From Octopus sinensis (Eukaryota), in contig NC_043003.1 of NCBI RefSeq assembly GCF_006345805.1, positions 41,168,001 to 41,232,000 of the forward strand: 64,000 nt of DNA, in the 5' to 3' direction. A program made the translations under genes and the position numbers. Below the pieces are notes generated by a model. The model was not told the DNA's origin and did no database searches. It was given only the letters and a program-made list of their open reading frames with translations. This document shows positions 51,492-64,000 of the stretch, one piece after another (the stretch's first letter is position 1; each line of letters opens with the position of its first letter).

Positions 51492-54400
51492 ACTTTTTGT
51501 AAAGAAGAGAAACGGCATATATTAATACATTTGAACGAACACTGAACGGTTTCTTAGAAAATTTAAACGTGGACACAGAGTGATTAGTCAATCGCATTGC
51601 TATTCTGTTTGTTACTTTATTCAGCTCAAGATATGCTCTCGGATCTTAAAGGGGCGAAACACTAAGTATTTATGTCTCAGTTCAACTCAAGGCTACAAAT
51701 CTTGGTAAAAAAGAATAGTCGTTTGCATTGATCCTATCAGTTGACTGCTACTTATTTCGTAGAGGCCAAAATGGGTGAACGGCAAATTCATAAAGGGACG
51801 TAACTCAGTACATCACTCCCCCATCACCCCCGTTTTATGTTTATTCAGCACTGCCGGTTTTACCAACTAACAACTCTCCAGCTACGAATAATAAAACCAG
51901 ACTGATGATACTGACTTAAAAAAATTGATTTTTGTATAGTATCTATACAAATTTATTTTATTTGCTTTCGATTTGTTTTCTTTATATTATTATAGTTACT
52001 GTTATTGATATTGTTATTATTCCTTTTGTTGTTGGTAATTTTTTTTCTATATGACTATTGCTGTTGATGTTGCACTTGTTTTTCTCCCTTAGCAATCATC
52101 GTTATCTTTGAGCATTTTATTCCCTGCGTGGCATTAAAATGGACATTAACCAATCAACTGATGTCGTTTATCTTTTGTTCTCTCCATCACCCTCTCTCTT
52201 TCTCTTTATCTCTCTCTCTCTCTCTTGTCCCCCTTTCTCTTCGTTTCTCTCTTTCTCTTCTCTTGCATCTGTTCATTTAGATTTGACTAAGTCACGCATG
52301 CTCACGAGATAGTAATTAATGATAACCTTTGTGCTCTGTCTTTTCTGTCTGCTTCTCTCCTAACTCTCCTTTTCCCCTTCTTTTTTCATCTCCTTCCTTA
52401 TTCTGTTCCTTTCGCCTTTAACTCTGTCTTTCTCCTCTTCAACTCTTTCTTTCCTCTCTCTTTACTACACTCTTATTCATGGAAGAGTATAAAAATCTTA
52501 AGACATCAAAATGTAACAGGATAAATTGGTTAACGGTTAGAACAATAGGAATGCACTCAGGAAACTGCGATCGCAATGCGATTTCTAATTCAATACACTC
52601 CACAAGTTTACTTCTTTAACTTTACAAAAACCACCTTGTATATCGATATGAACAATGAAACTTCTCTTTAGTTGTACCTGTATAATTTGCAAACTTCATC
52701 AGTTCCGTTTAATAATACTATCTGACCCATAAATGCTTTTAAAGGAATCCACTGTATTATAAACAAATGTTGGCTATGCTTCTGTTCGGACGATAACATC
52801 TTCGACTGCTACCACTAGTTGAGAGCCTCCTACCGAGACGCTAAAAGATTATAGGCGCAGTTGTTTCGCTGACTAAGCCATTAAATGTTTTTCTTTTGTG
52901 CGTTTTTGATTTTTAGTTTAGAAACCGAGGCAAAAGTTTGATAATTGTTATATAATCTCTATGAACTGATATTGATTGCCATTTGAAAACATCACACGCA
53001 TTCAAACATCCTATATCACATCGTTATAGGAATTGATCGTCGTGTTTGTCGATAAAATTCTCTCACAATCATGTTATAAATGCTAGCTGACACATGCGAT
53101 ATCTCATACACTGTTGCTATAAACGGCGCTGTATGTTACTCTGAACCAGTGAGGTGCTTATTACGCCTCAACTGCTGTCTACTCTACGTACGTACGCCTC
53201 TTCACTTATGCGATGAAGTAAGCCCATCTCCTAATGACGTTTTTCTAGGTTTACTAAACTTATTGAACACATTTTTACTCAACGAACTTCATTCAACTTA
53301 ATGAAGTTCTGACTGAATTTGAAGGAAATCGACCTCCACTGCACAGGGAAGGAATTACAGAAGGTATAAGCGCAGTTCTGAATCCTGTGAATGCCGATCG
53401 AAAATTGACATTAACAACCATGACCAGAATAATTATTTAAGAATAAACATCTTCAGAACATGTTTCTCCGAAGTCATACTTCAGCATAAAATTATTTTGT
53501 ATTCATGTGACACTGTTTCATTTCCTGGTTAAATATTTATCATTTTTTATTCCAAGGGAGATTGTTTCGCACGCTCAAAGAAACTTATCATAATTAAGTG
53601 GCCCACGCCATCTATCCACAAATAGGTCTTATATAGGGACATTGCGAAATGGAATACATCGGCACTGTAAGCAAGGACATCAGTTTAAATCATGGTTATA
53701 CTTTTCTTAGCTTATGGTGTAAGTTCTCTTGGTTTATATACGAGTATATAGAATTCGATTCGATCGAGTGTTTTGCATCATAAAAATTACAATTCAGTCA
53801 TGTGCGCAACCTAGATTTTATCCAATGAACAGCCATTGTTCACATGGTAGTTCCATGGTCTGACTAGAACTATCCGTGAGAGAGGCCTACGAATATACAA
53901 ATACAGCCAAATTGAACACCAAACATCCAGAGTATCTCGAGTCGAATTTGGTGTACACTCTCCAAACAGCTGTTTTCTCCATCAGCATATTCAACCTGAA
54001 AGGATCGAAAACGAAGACACACACACAGCACTTGAATGTGTATTTGATATGTAAAAATTTGCCAAAATGTTGAGTTTCTAAAAAAGACTTTCTGTGTATA
54101 TTACGCTGTTTCATCTGACTGTTTCCATAAATCGTATTAGATGAACACCTTTTCTATTAATGTGACACATAAATTAGTTTCCAATACATAAAGAGGCCTT
54201 CCTTGTTACAAGTATGATGTAAAAACATGAGAAATCTCGTCCTGTGTTCAAGTCATCATCTTTATCCGTGACTGGACTGATAATGAATAAAACGAAACAT
54301 GAAAGCTGTCTTGTAAATCTATAAATGCACTCTGTTATATGAAAATATTGATTTGTGGGAATTCGTATTCGACCCGGATCGAGTTGTGTTTTCCAGTATT

Positions 54401-55935
54401 ATCCATTTATTTTTTAATAGAAAACGAAAAATAAAGTTTGCCAGAAATGATTACAGCCAAACGTCTCGTCATCACAGCAATAATATCATTTACAAACCAT
54501 ATAATATTTTACAAAGGAATCTTAAAAGCTGTTTAAAAGAATTGATATACTTCAGCCTTCAAATCTACCTCATTTCTGGGACTTAGAGCTTGCTATCATT
54601 AATAGATATGTTTGCCTCTTTAAGGATCCTAAACTAATGTAGTAAACTCTGCTCGATCAATCGATCAGTTATTTTATTAAGCAAATTTCATTCAAATTCA
54701 CACCATCACCTTAAAAAGAGATGATACATTCATAAATGTATATACCATAAAAATCCTCAGAATATACAAGACATTTCGAATTTACTAAAAAGTCAACGTG
54801 TCAAAAATACTAAACCTCAGATAGCTGTTAGAAATGCTGGCGGCCGAGTTTGATTCCATATCAACCTTAAAATCTCCGCTACTTCATGAATAATCACTTT
54901 CAAACTCCTAGTCCGAACTAGATGATAACAAATCTCCACTATAACAGCATACCTAAAACACTAAGTTTCCGTGAACTAATGAAAGAACCACAGTCACCTT
55001 GCCTGCCGAGGTTGTCAAATCTCCTTGAAATTATATCCAGGGATGTTAATATTGATATTTAAGATAAACTACAGAATAAAGAATTCAGAAGAGAAAACAT
55101 GATGTAACGCTTCAGTGACGAATTAACGATGAGAATTCGATGCATAATAACGATTAAATATATATACGTTGACCAGTAAGCGGTCAAGTGCAGATCGTGG
55201 ACGAAATCCGAAAGCGAGTAATTCACAATACTGAAAACTTTTTAAAATGTATTTTCCAACAATAACAAAGCTTCATCAAATTTATCATATTTCGTAAATG
55301 ATTCCATCAATTTACACCCTAAGTTTAAAATAACTTAACTTTTTGCGATAAATAATAATTTTGAAGGAAGTGTAATGCACACATAATAACTTATAAAAAT
55401 TAGAAGTTACTTATAACACACGAAGTAATGTATTAGCAATACAATTAAATTCTCTTTACATATCTAACACCCAACACCGACACCAACGAACATACGCTTC
55501 ATTAAACTAACTAGAAAAGCTTTTTTTTATAGACACCACATTCACATCCAATAGTTGCCATATTCACATGTCAAACAATCCAAAACATTTGCCTAATTTC
55601 CTATTTCATCATCCTTACAACACACTCATACATCAATGAACACAGCAAAAGCATTTTAACAAACTTCAAAAATGAGAATAGCCAAGTCGCATTCGTTCCA
55701 ACAGGAAACGGAATTAAGGTTTTGAGATTTCAACAACACCACAATCACCAAAATAAACATTGTACTATTAAGGAAAATAGTTAGAAACATCCTATACAAT
55801 ACACCAATGCTGTAATCAACGGAAATAATGCTCTCCATAAAACAAGAACACAAGGAAATAAATATAGTGAATTACTGAAAATAGAAAGCAGACAAGCATT
55901 TGTAACCAACATGAAACACAAGGCAAAAATCATAT

Positions 55936-55978
<43 letters not shown>

Positions 55979-55986
<8 letters not shown>

Positions 55987-56398
55987 AATGAGGGTGTCTA
56001 AAAGACACCAAATCAGCCGAAATAGCAGTCGAAACTCTGACTATAAAACCACGTTAAATGTTCATATCGCACCATGAGGTAAAGCGGAGGACAAAACATA
56101 CAAGCAAAAATTATTGAATAATTCAAGATCCAAGGATTTCTGGTCTGCTTTAAATAAGCTTTACCGTCATCAATTGAATATATCAAGGGTACATAAATAC
56201 AGATATATGTATGCACAGCAAACGAAAGCAGAACCAGAAATCCTTGGATCTTGAATTATTCAATAATTTTTGCTTGTATGTTTTGTCCCTCCGCTTTACC
56301 TCATGGTGCGATATGAACATTTAACGTGGTTTTTATAGTCAGAGTTTCGACTGCTATTTCGGCATGTTGGTGTCTTTTAGACACCCTCATTTTTAATT
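55979..56398. repeat. Long near-perfect inverted repeat adjacent to (TA)n
   Basis: Arms of ~173 bp (55979-56151 and 56225-56398) with a 73-bp spacer. Differences are mostly single-base indels. Confidence 0.95.
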
Positions 56399-57759
56399 GT
56401 TAAAAAATTCTTTTACCTTTGTAAGGTATTTCTTTCATGCTGGCCACTTGATAATTTCGACACTTAAATACCGATATTATCCTCATATATAAATTTATAT
56501 ATATATATATATATATGAATTAGCAGTAACAATAACATCAAAAGCTGTTTCCTCATATATCTCGTCAATAAGTTTCATTATCGCTATCATCAAATCCTCA
56601 TCGATAGTGGTCCGCATGCTTGCATGCATTCCTCCGTTTGGCTCGGAAAAGAACATACTTACACTGCTTTATTCCCCCAACATTTTTTCTTTTCGAATGA
56701 ATCGCACTTCAAGCTCCATTTTCGGTAGTGATTCAGGGATAGTCTGAATGTGGTTAATAATGTTGGGCCATAAGTCTCCACAAATTTATTTATTTTTACT
56801 ACCCCTCTGTTTTGGACAATCACCAGACTTATTGGCATGAGCATAATTTCAACGTTCATCTTTTTTTCTCCATAGGGACATACTACTTCAGGAAACACAA
56901 GTGACAAGCTGCATAATAACCAGTTCTAAATAATGCCACACTAACGAGTTCTAAGATCGTATCTACACACCATCACAAAGAAAACGCCATCATCATCCAT
57001 TAAAAAATTGCTCTTGCACTACGAAGAAAACCACACAAAAAAGACAGGAACACAAGATGAAAAATAAATTGATGTTCTTCTCTATAGAAATCTCGTTACT
57101 CACTTGGTATTTGTTTAAAACTGGCTGTGCATCTAACTTCAGACACAAGTATGGTCTTCAATTACGATATGTATTTATTGCACCAAAATGAACTTCCTCT
57201 TCTGTTGGAGTCTCCTGAGCCTCCAAATATTTTAAAAATTTTATCTTGGAACACAACTTACACTTAAGGGAAGAATCCATGTAGATAGAGAAACAGCGTT
57301 AAACTCCTTTATATTGAATCTGTTAAATTATTGTGAATATTAAAAAGGCCCCCCCCCCAAAAAAAAAACCCTGCATACAATGTTTTAAGAAAGTTCTCGC
57401 TCAATTATTTATATTTTTTTACATTAGCTAACTGGAATTTCTCTGGAGCTGAATCTTAGGTTTTTCTCTACTGAAATCATTTAAAAGCTAAGTAATTCAA
57501 CAAGATTTATTATCAAAGGACTTAAATCCCTTAGCTATTCACAGATTATTTCCCCTTATAGATTAATTACCTTTAAAAATTTAAATAGTCTTTAGATAAA
57601 ATAAACGAAAGTGAGGGGAAATTTCCTTCGTGTACTCCTAATTCATCTTTCAGTTGAGGAGAAAATGTTGCAAATCAAGTTAAGTCTTAGGATAAGAAAT
57701 CTTTTAAGGAACCTTCAAAGGAATGGCAACGAGGAATTGACTGTTTTTCTATAATAGTA

Positions 57760-57805
<46 letters not shown>

Positions 57806-57922
57806 CTATATATATAGATTATAATATATATACATATATACACATACATTATATATATATATATATATACATATATACACATACATATACATATATATAT
57901 ATATATATATATAGACATATCT

Positions 57923-57963
<41 letters not shown>

Positions 57964-58959
57964 TACACATACATATATAGATAATATATATATATATAGA
58001 TTATATATATATAACAGATAGATAGATAGATAGATAGATATGTAGACACAAACACACAATCACACTCAGTCATAAGTATATCTATTATTTAGCTCATGCA
58101 CCTTTCTCAAATTTTATTTATCTAACTAGTCTTTATCAAAACGTTTACACCATGTTTTAGCTTCATGTGTATTTGTAGTCGCTACTATAAATCTGTCCAT
58201 TTAGACACACTATCAATTAATCTTGTTGCTTTTTAGGAGTAGGTAATCATATTCTTGAGTATGTAAAATTAATAAAATTATACATACAGTCAAACAACTG
58301 GGTAGAACAGCTCATATAATGAAAACTATCATACTTACAAATCGAATGGTTATTCATTCTAAACTCCCCGTTCAAAGGTCACTACAAATATAAAAGAGAT
58401 ATTTTTTTCAGAGAATTCTTTATCTTTAATTCAGTTTTATATTTTATTTCTTGAAGAATTATTTGCAAATACCTTTTCGATTTATATACTATATGTTTTA
58501 TATTTTTTAGTATGTACACATACAGAGTATCTTAGGTATAAGTGTGTTTACTATTCGATTCTGTTATGCCGACGGCTTTCCCAACGGCAATTGAATTTTA
58601 AATGAATTTAACTAGTATCAATTTGAAATGAAACCAGGTTGCACTTGTCATTCGCCTGGAGATTCAAGATTGCTCTACGGAGTTCGAAACACTTAGTGTT
58701 GAAAATTTAATAATAATGTTGCTTTGCAGGAAATAAAAAAAAACAATTGAGTTTTATTGTTTTGCAAATTTTCTAAAATCTGTTTTGATTAGATTAGTTT
58801 GGAAGAAATAAACACTAGATATCTTAAGAGTAGAGCAATAAAAAGAAAAGAAATGTTTTCATTGGTAGCATACATTTATTTGTGATAAATATCGGTTTTT
58901 CGACTGACACGTGTACTATAAATCGGAGACAAACTGAGCTTCGACACAGTTTCAAATTA

Positions 58960-59580
58960 AAACCAGCGTAAGATAATATTAATTTCAAAATTTGACACAA
59001 GACCAGCAATTTCGGGGGAGGGTTTAAGTAGATTACAGCGATCTCAGTGTTCAACTGCTATTTATTTTATTGTCCCCGGGAAGAGGAAAAGCAAAGTAGA
59101 CCTCGGTGGACTTTGAACACAGAACGTAAAGACGAACGAAATGCTGGCGAACCTTTTGCCCGGCACGGTAACGATTATGCCAACTCTCCACCTTAACAAA
59201 GCATAATATGATAATACGAAAGAATCAAAAGAACAACGAAGAAAATACGTTATGATGTTATGATATTAGGACTTGCACGTTCGGAGCTTGATTCAACTAC
59301 TATAATTCTCCAAAATTCTGGCCTTTCGTTTACGCATAGAATTTTAATATAGTAAGCGATAGTTAAGATGGTGAGGTGGCAGAATCGTTAGCACCCCGGG
59401 CGAGCTGCTTAGCAGTATTTCGTCTGCTGTTACGTTCTGAGTTCAAAATCCGCTGAGGTCGATTTTGCCTATCATCCTTTCGCGGTTGACAAATTAAGTA
59501 ACAGTTGCGTACTAGGGTTGATGTGTTTGACTGGCCAACTTCCCCGATATTTCAGGCCTTGTTCTTATAATAGAAAGGGA
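58960..59580. mobile_element. Divergent pair of S1 SINEs (minus ~58960-59195; plus ~59365-59580)
   Basis: Minus copy has gtagacctcgg...ctttgaac.cagaacgtaaagac; plus copy has gtgaggtggcagaatcgttagcac...gagttcaaaatccgctgaggtcgattttgcc. Confidence 0.75.
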
Positions 59581-60263
59581 CATGCTGTATTAAGAGATAA
59601 TTTATATTGCAGTTTATTATGATTATTATTATAATTATTATCATTAAAATATGAACTGTCAATACTGTATTATACTAAAACGAGTTGAGTCCAGTGTGCT
59701 ACAGTTATTGCATATTTTACGCTCAACTTCTCACATCCATAATAATACTTTCTCATGCTGTTAATTCGTCTCAAGAAACGTTCAAAGTAAAAAGCCAGAT
59801 GCTTGATATTTTATTCTATTTGTTCAATTAAGAGAGAAATAAAATTTGTCGCTGAGAGGTTGAAATCTCAACGATGCAGATTTACGTTACACGCTCTACT
59901 GTCTTCAGAGAATGAGTTGACACAAATTGGTAAATCGTAACACATTTTCGTTGCTCTGCTATTACTGAATTTAATCGGCAGCCGTAGGAAACTGGTACTA
60001 ATTAAACTAGTATAAATGAAATAGAAGGGAAATACAAATACGGAAAATAAAATTGATGCAAATCTCTTGGGGAAAGCCTTTGGAAATATACTCTGCTACA
60101 CCTGATAATCTAAGGCGTTAACAGAAGCAGCTCAAACCAGTAAATCCACAAACATATATGCATACAAGTATATGCGTGATTCTTCTACCCCCCTCTCTGT
60201 ATATATATTGACTGGCGATTTTTTTACTCCGTCTTCCCTTCTCGGGATCTTTCCTTCTCCTAT

Positions 60264-60298
60264 GTTTCCGACGAAGAGCTCCGCTCGAAACGTTAAAC
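60264..60298 (+). ncRNA. Minimal type I hammerhead variant (HA-related, U4C)
   Basis: gttt-CCGACGA-A-GAGC-TCC-GCTC-GAAA-CG-TT-aaac. Stem I differs in sequence from HA but still pairs. The host element ends at (TA)n near 60404. Confidence 0.65.
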
Positions 60299-60498
60299 CC
60301 TCCTTCTTCCCTTCTTTCCTGAGCGTCCAATAATACTTTATTTGTTCTACGTCCTCGCGTTGTTGTCTTTTTTTTGTTTTTGTGTTTTCTTCTTTGGATT
60401 AACTATATATATATATTATATATGAGTTTAAAATATAATAAATGCACATCTACAGCATCATTAGTTAACTTTGTTACAAACAAGAGATATCCTCAAAC

Positions 60499-60637
60499 GT
60501 GTGGCTGTGTAGGTAAGAAGCTTGCTTCTCAAATACATAGTTCCAGGTTCAGTACCACTTCGTGGCGCCTTGGGTAAGTGCTTTCAACGTAGAGTAGATT
60601 TTGTCGATGGCAACTGAAAGAAGCCCGTCGTATATAT

Positions 60638-60686
<49 letters not shown>

Positions 60687-60915
60687 TTGTGTGCATGTAC
60701 TGTGTGCGTATATATATATCTATGTGTGTATGTCTGTGCTTGAGAACCGCTGTTGGTGTGTTTACGTCCGCGTACCTTAGCAGTTCGGGAAAAAAAGACC
60801 GATCGAATAGGCTTCAAAATATAATTCCTAGAGTCGATTTCTTCGATTAAATCCCTTCTAGGCGGTGCCCCAGCATGGTCGCAGTCAAATGACTGAAATA
60901 AGTGAAAGGTAAAAA
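60499..60915 (+). mobile_element. SINE family S3
   Basis: Same head, central (TA)n and 3' region as 14663 and 45927. Confidence 0.8.
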
Positions 60916-61428
60916 ACAAAACACAAAACAAATAGAAACCTCTAACATCGAACCCGAGTAATTCAAAGTTACCTCTAAAATGGAAAGTGTCTTTTCTCAG
61001 ATGGTGCTTTGATCACATGACGACAATTGTCATATATGGTGAAACTATCAAATATCATAGTGGCAGACGGGTGACAGGCAAAAGCTATAAGTAAACGTTG
61101 ATAAACATTTAGTGCCAATGGAATTGACTATCGTCAGTTGTCTATTATACCCTTCAGTTAAGATGCTTGCAGATAAATAGCTCACCTGTCTCTCATTTAC
61201 TTTAAGAATGCACATAGTACTTCATTAGAGGACAAACAAAAAAAAAAAAGAAAAATATGGGAAAGACTCGTGACACAGCATCTCGAATTGTGAACAGAAT
61301 TTAGCTTGTATCAGGAGCAGTAGTGCCTACTTACTCAGTACTGGATTTGTTTGTGACCAGTATGCCTGCAGTCAATAGCAAAAGCCCCTTCACTTTATCA
61401 ATCGCTCGCAAAATGAATCTCATGAAGC

Positions 61429-61473
<45 letters not shown>

Positions 61474-61474
61474 T

Positions 61475-61770
61475 AGTATACTATTATTATCATTTTGGGA
61501 TAAATATTAATTAGATCTTATTTACATTATTTACAATTGACAGATATTTGTCCTCATCTTGTTTGTTGTTAACACAACTTTTCGGCTGATATACCCTCCA
61601 GCCTTCATCAATTGTCTTGGGAAAATTTCAAACCTGGGTTCTCATTCCTAAGGTACCTTTTGATGTTGTTGTTGTTATTATTATTATTATTATTCAGGTC
61701 ACTGCCTGGAATCGAACTCGGAATCTTGGGGTTAGTAGCCCGCGCTCTTAACCACTACGCCATATGCCTG
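61475..61770 (-). mobile_element. SINE-like element: tRNA-derived head + (AAT)n(AAC)n spacer + hammerhead motif (family HC) + tail ending at (TA)n
   Basis: Head ggcataTGGCGTAGTGGttaagagcgcgggctactaaccccaagattccgAGTTCGATTCCagg (A and B boxes). Motif TTGATGA-A-GGCTG-GAGGGTATAT-CAGCC-GAAA-AG-TT-gtgtt at 61571-61616. Confidence 0.7.
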
Positions 61771-62769
61771 TGGGCTGTATTAATCAGCTCTATTTACGAA
61801 ACCATTCGTACTATTCGTGTTCTATTTTACTGGCGAACACTGTTATACTTAAGTATTAGTTTTATTTTCTTGTTATTCATACACACCGGTACCCCTAAAG
61901 AAAGATTAAACCCACCAATTATTTTTCTAGTTTATGTTCTAGTTTGTTCATTTGCTCATCGACTTCAAGCTTTACACTGCAAAACAGTATGATTCTGATT
62001 AATTAAGACTTCTTTCCTCATCTCGAGGCCCTGTTCTTCCTTGTTCCCTTCTTGTACCTTGTGTATTTGTATTTGTATTCACTTTGATGAATCTCCATGT
62101 ACTAGATCGAATGTGCTTTAAAGATGACGAATATTATTCTCATAATTTTCTTCGGCGGCACCGACTGACATTGGCAGCAGAAACGGCTGTAAGCAATGTT
62201 CAAGCTTTTTATTAAAACATATTTAAATTATAGTAGTCAATTTGTTCATTTTCTGTTCATCTTAAATTTGATTCCTGATAAACTCTCGTTTATTCTGTTA
62301 CTACCTGTATCCTACGTGCATTGTATTCTTGCATAACCATGCCCAGGATTAACGTAGGTAATTTACATCGGTTGTAATAAAGGTTATCCTTATCCCTTAT
62401 ACGGTTACTTTAACAGTTAACTCTACTTACCTATGTATATATATATATATATATATAATTTTAAAAAGCTTAAAAATATAAAAATTTAAAAATATAAATT
62501 TAAAAATTTTTAATTTTGATGATTTAAATTTTAAATTTTATATTTTATATATATATTATATATTATATTAATTATATTTATTGTTTTTTTATGTTTTGGT
62601 TTATGTCTATCACTGTTTGAGTTGCCTAATAGTGGTTTATCTTTAATTTAATTTATATTTATGCTGTGAAATTTGATTTAATCCTAAATCTAATTTTCCC
62701 TGTATGTTTGGATTTACTCCCTAATATTTATATATATATATATATACATATATATATTCATACATGCAT

Positions 62770-62810
<41 letters not shown>

Positions 62811-62996
62811 TATATATATATATATATAATTTATATATATATATATGAGTCTGTGTGGTGTGTGTGTGTGTGTGAGTGTGTGTGGTGTGTGTGTGTGTGT
62901 GTGTAAGTATTATATATTCAGAAATTAGGGAATGGTGTAGATAAAATTCAGGCTACGTATATTTCATCCTTAGTAAAATCATAGTTAGCAAAAAGT

Positions 62997-63208
62997 TAGT
63001 AAATTATCCAAACGAGGTATAGGCCGCCAGATACTCTTCACGTCAAGGATACCTTGATTGTATGAAGTTTACATTTTGATCGAATCCACAACGAGTTAAC
63101 ACGGTATCGCCTAACGACAATGTAAACCTCGTATAGCCAAGGTATCCTTGGCCTGAAGTCTATACCACTCGTTTTGCAGTCTATACCACTCGTTTTGATA
63201 ATTTACTA
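62997..63208. mobile_element. Old MITE-like foldback
   Basis: Inner arms 63036-63075 and 63119-63158 match at 33/40. Outer arms tagtaaattatccaaacgag and ctcgttttgataatttacta. The 3' arm has a direct duplication of gtctataccactcgttttg. Confidence 0.65.
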
Positions 63209-63724
63209 CTGTCGAGGTATGGTTAGCTATGAACCATATGTTGTCTGGATGTTATCTACGCCATGTCCTAGATTTTGAATATTTATTCGCATGTAAAACT
63301 ACCCCTGTTGCTAACCGTGATCTATAAAATTAACCTTCTTCAGCTTGTCGTATTACGATACGAGAAAAAATTCACTATATTCTGCGCCAATAAACCACTA
63401 CTGTCCTTCAACTTTTATATATATATAGATATATATATATATATATATATACGGATTGTTTGAAGTTCACTAGCTTTCTACACCTTGATCCTTGGATCTT
63501 AACTTTCCCCAGACACACATGCACACACACACATACACATGGACACACGTTACATATATATATATATATATATATATATGGAAATCCGGCCACATCGGCA
63601 AAATGCATAGCATGTTTTCCGATGACCAGATAACTGAAGAGATGGGGGCATGGATTTCCACCTCGGCATCCGAAACTCGGAGTTTTATCATGACTACCGA
63701 ATAATTGTCACATATTACATTTAC

Positions 63725-63759
<35 letters not shown>

Positions 63760-64000
63760 TTAATAAAATAGAACATATGCATATATATAAACATATATGT
63801 ACGTACCTACCTCTACATGTACATATACACGCATATATATGTATGTATGTATGTATACAAATATATATATATGTACTTATATATATATAGGGATACATAA
63901 ACGCGTCAAGCGCACACACGCATGCATACACATTAACAATATTTGTATGTGTATTTTTGTACGTGCGTTTATGTGTACATGAGTGCCCGTGTAAATGTGT

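Noticed and set aside
56640-57000. Possible Tc1/mariner remnant on the plus strand (FFSNESHF, IGTYYF)
   Set aside because: The motifs are short and interrupted, with no termini.
62084-62118. Degenerate hammerhead-like TTGATGA-ATCT-n9-AGAT-CGAA-TGT
   Set aside because: It needs several corrections to fit the core and has no stem I. It may be an old PLE remnant but is not supportable.
62450-62580. Nearly pure A/T quasi-palindrome between (TA)n tracts
   Set aside because: It looks like basecalling noise through an AT hairpin and is not interpretable without raw reads.

Overview
AT-rich, microsatellite-dense animal DNA that is almost entirely transposon-derived. It is most likely an intron or intergenic stretch of an octopus (coleoid cephalopod); this is inferred from the SINE families and repeat style, not checked. 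No host protein-coding exon could be supported. Contents: (i) a ~13.5 kb stack (27.98-41.5 kb) of R4/Dong-clade non-LTR retrotransposons from four subfamilies, all on the + strand and mostly joined through (TAA)n tracts, including two near-identical ~4.2 kb copies; (ii) Penelope-like elements (RT + GIY-YIG) and five minimal hammerhead-ribozyme motifs plus one degraded paralog, in three sequence families, most sitting in short elements that end at a (TA)n tract, one of them fused behind a tRNA-derived Pol III head; (iii) many tRNA-derived SINEs, including monomer, dimer and trimer forms flanked by a single TSD; (iv) mariner/Tc1 remnants, MITE-like foldbacks, a CR1-like 3' end and long inverted repeats next to (TA)n. 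The best candidate for an under-described system is the tRNA-head + hammerhead SINE-like element at ~61.5-61.8 kb together with the other hammerhead elements. Most short ORFs in the supplied track are microsatellite artefacts, and many retroelement frameshifts may be long-read errors.
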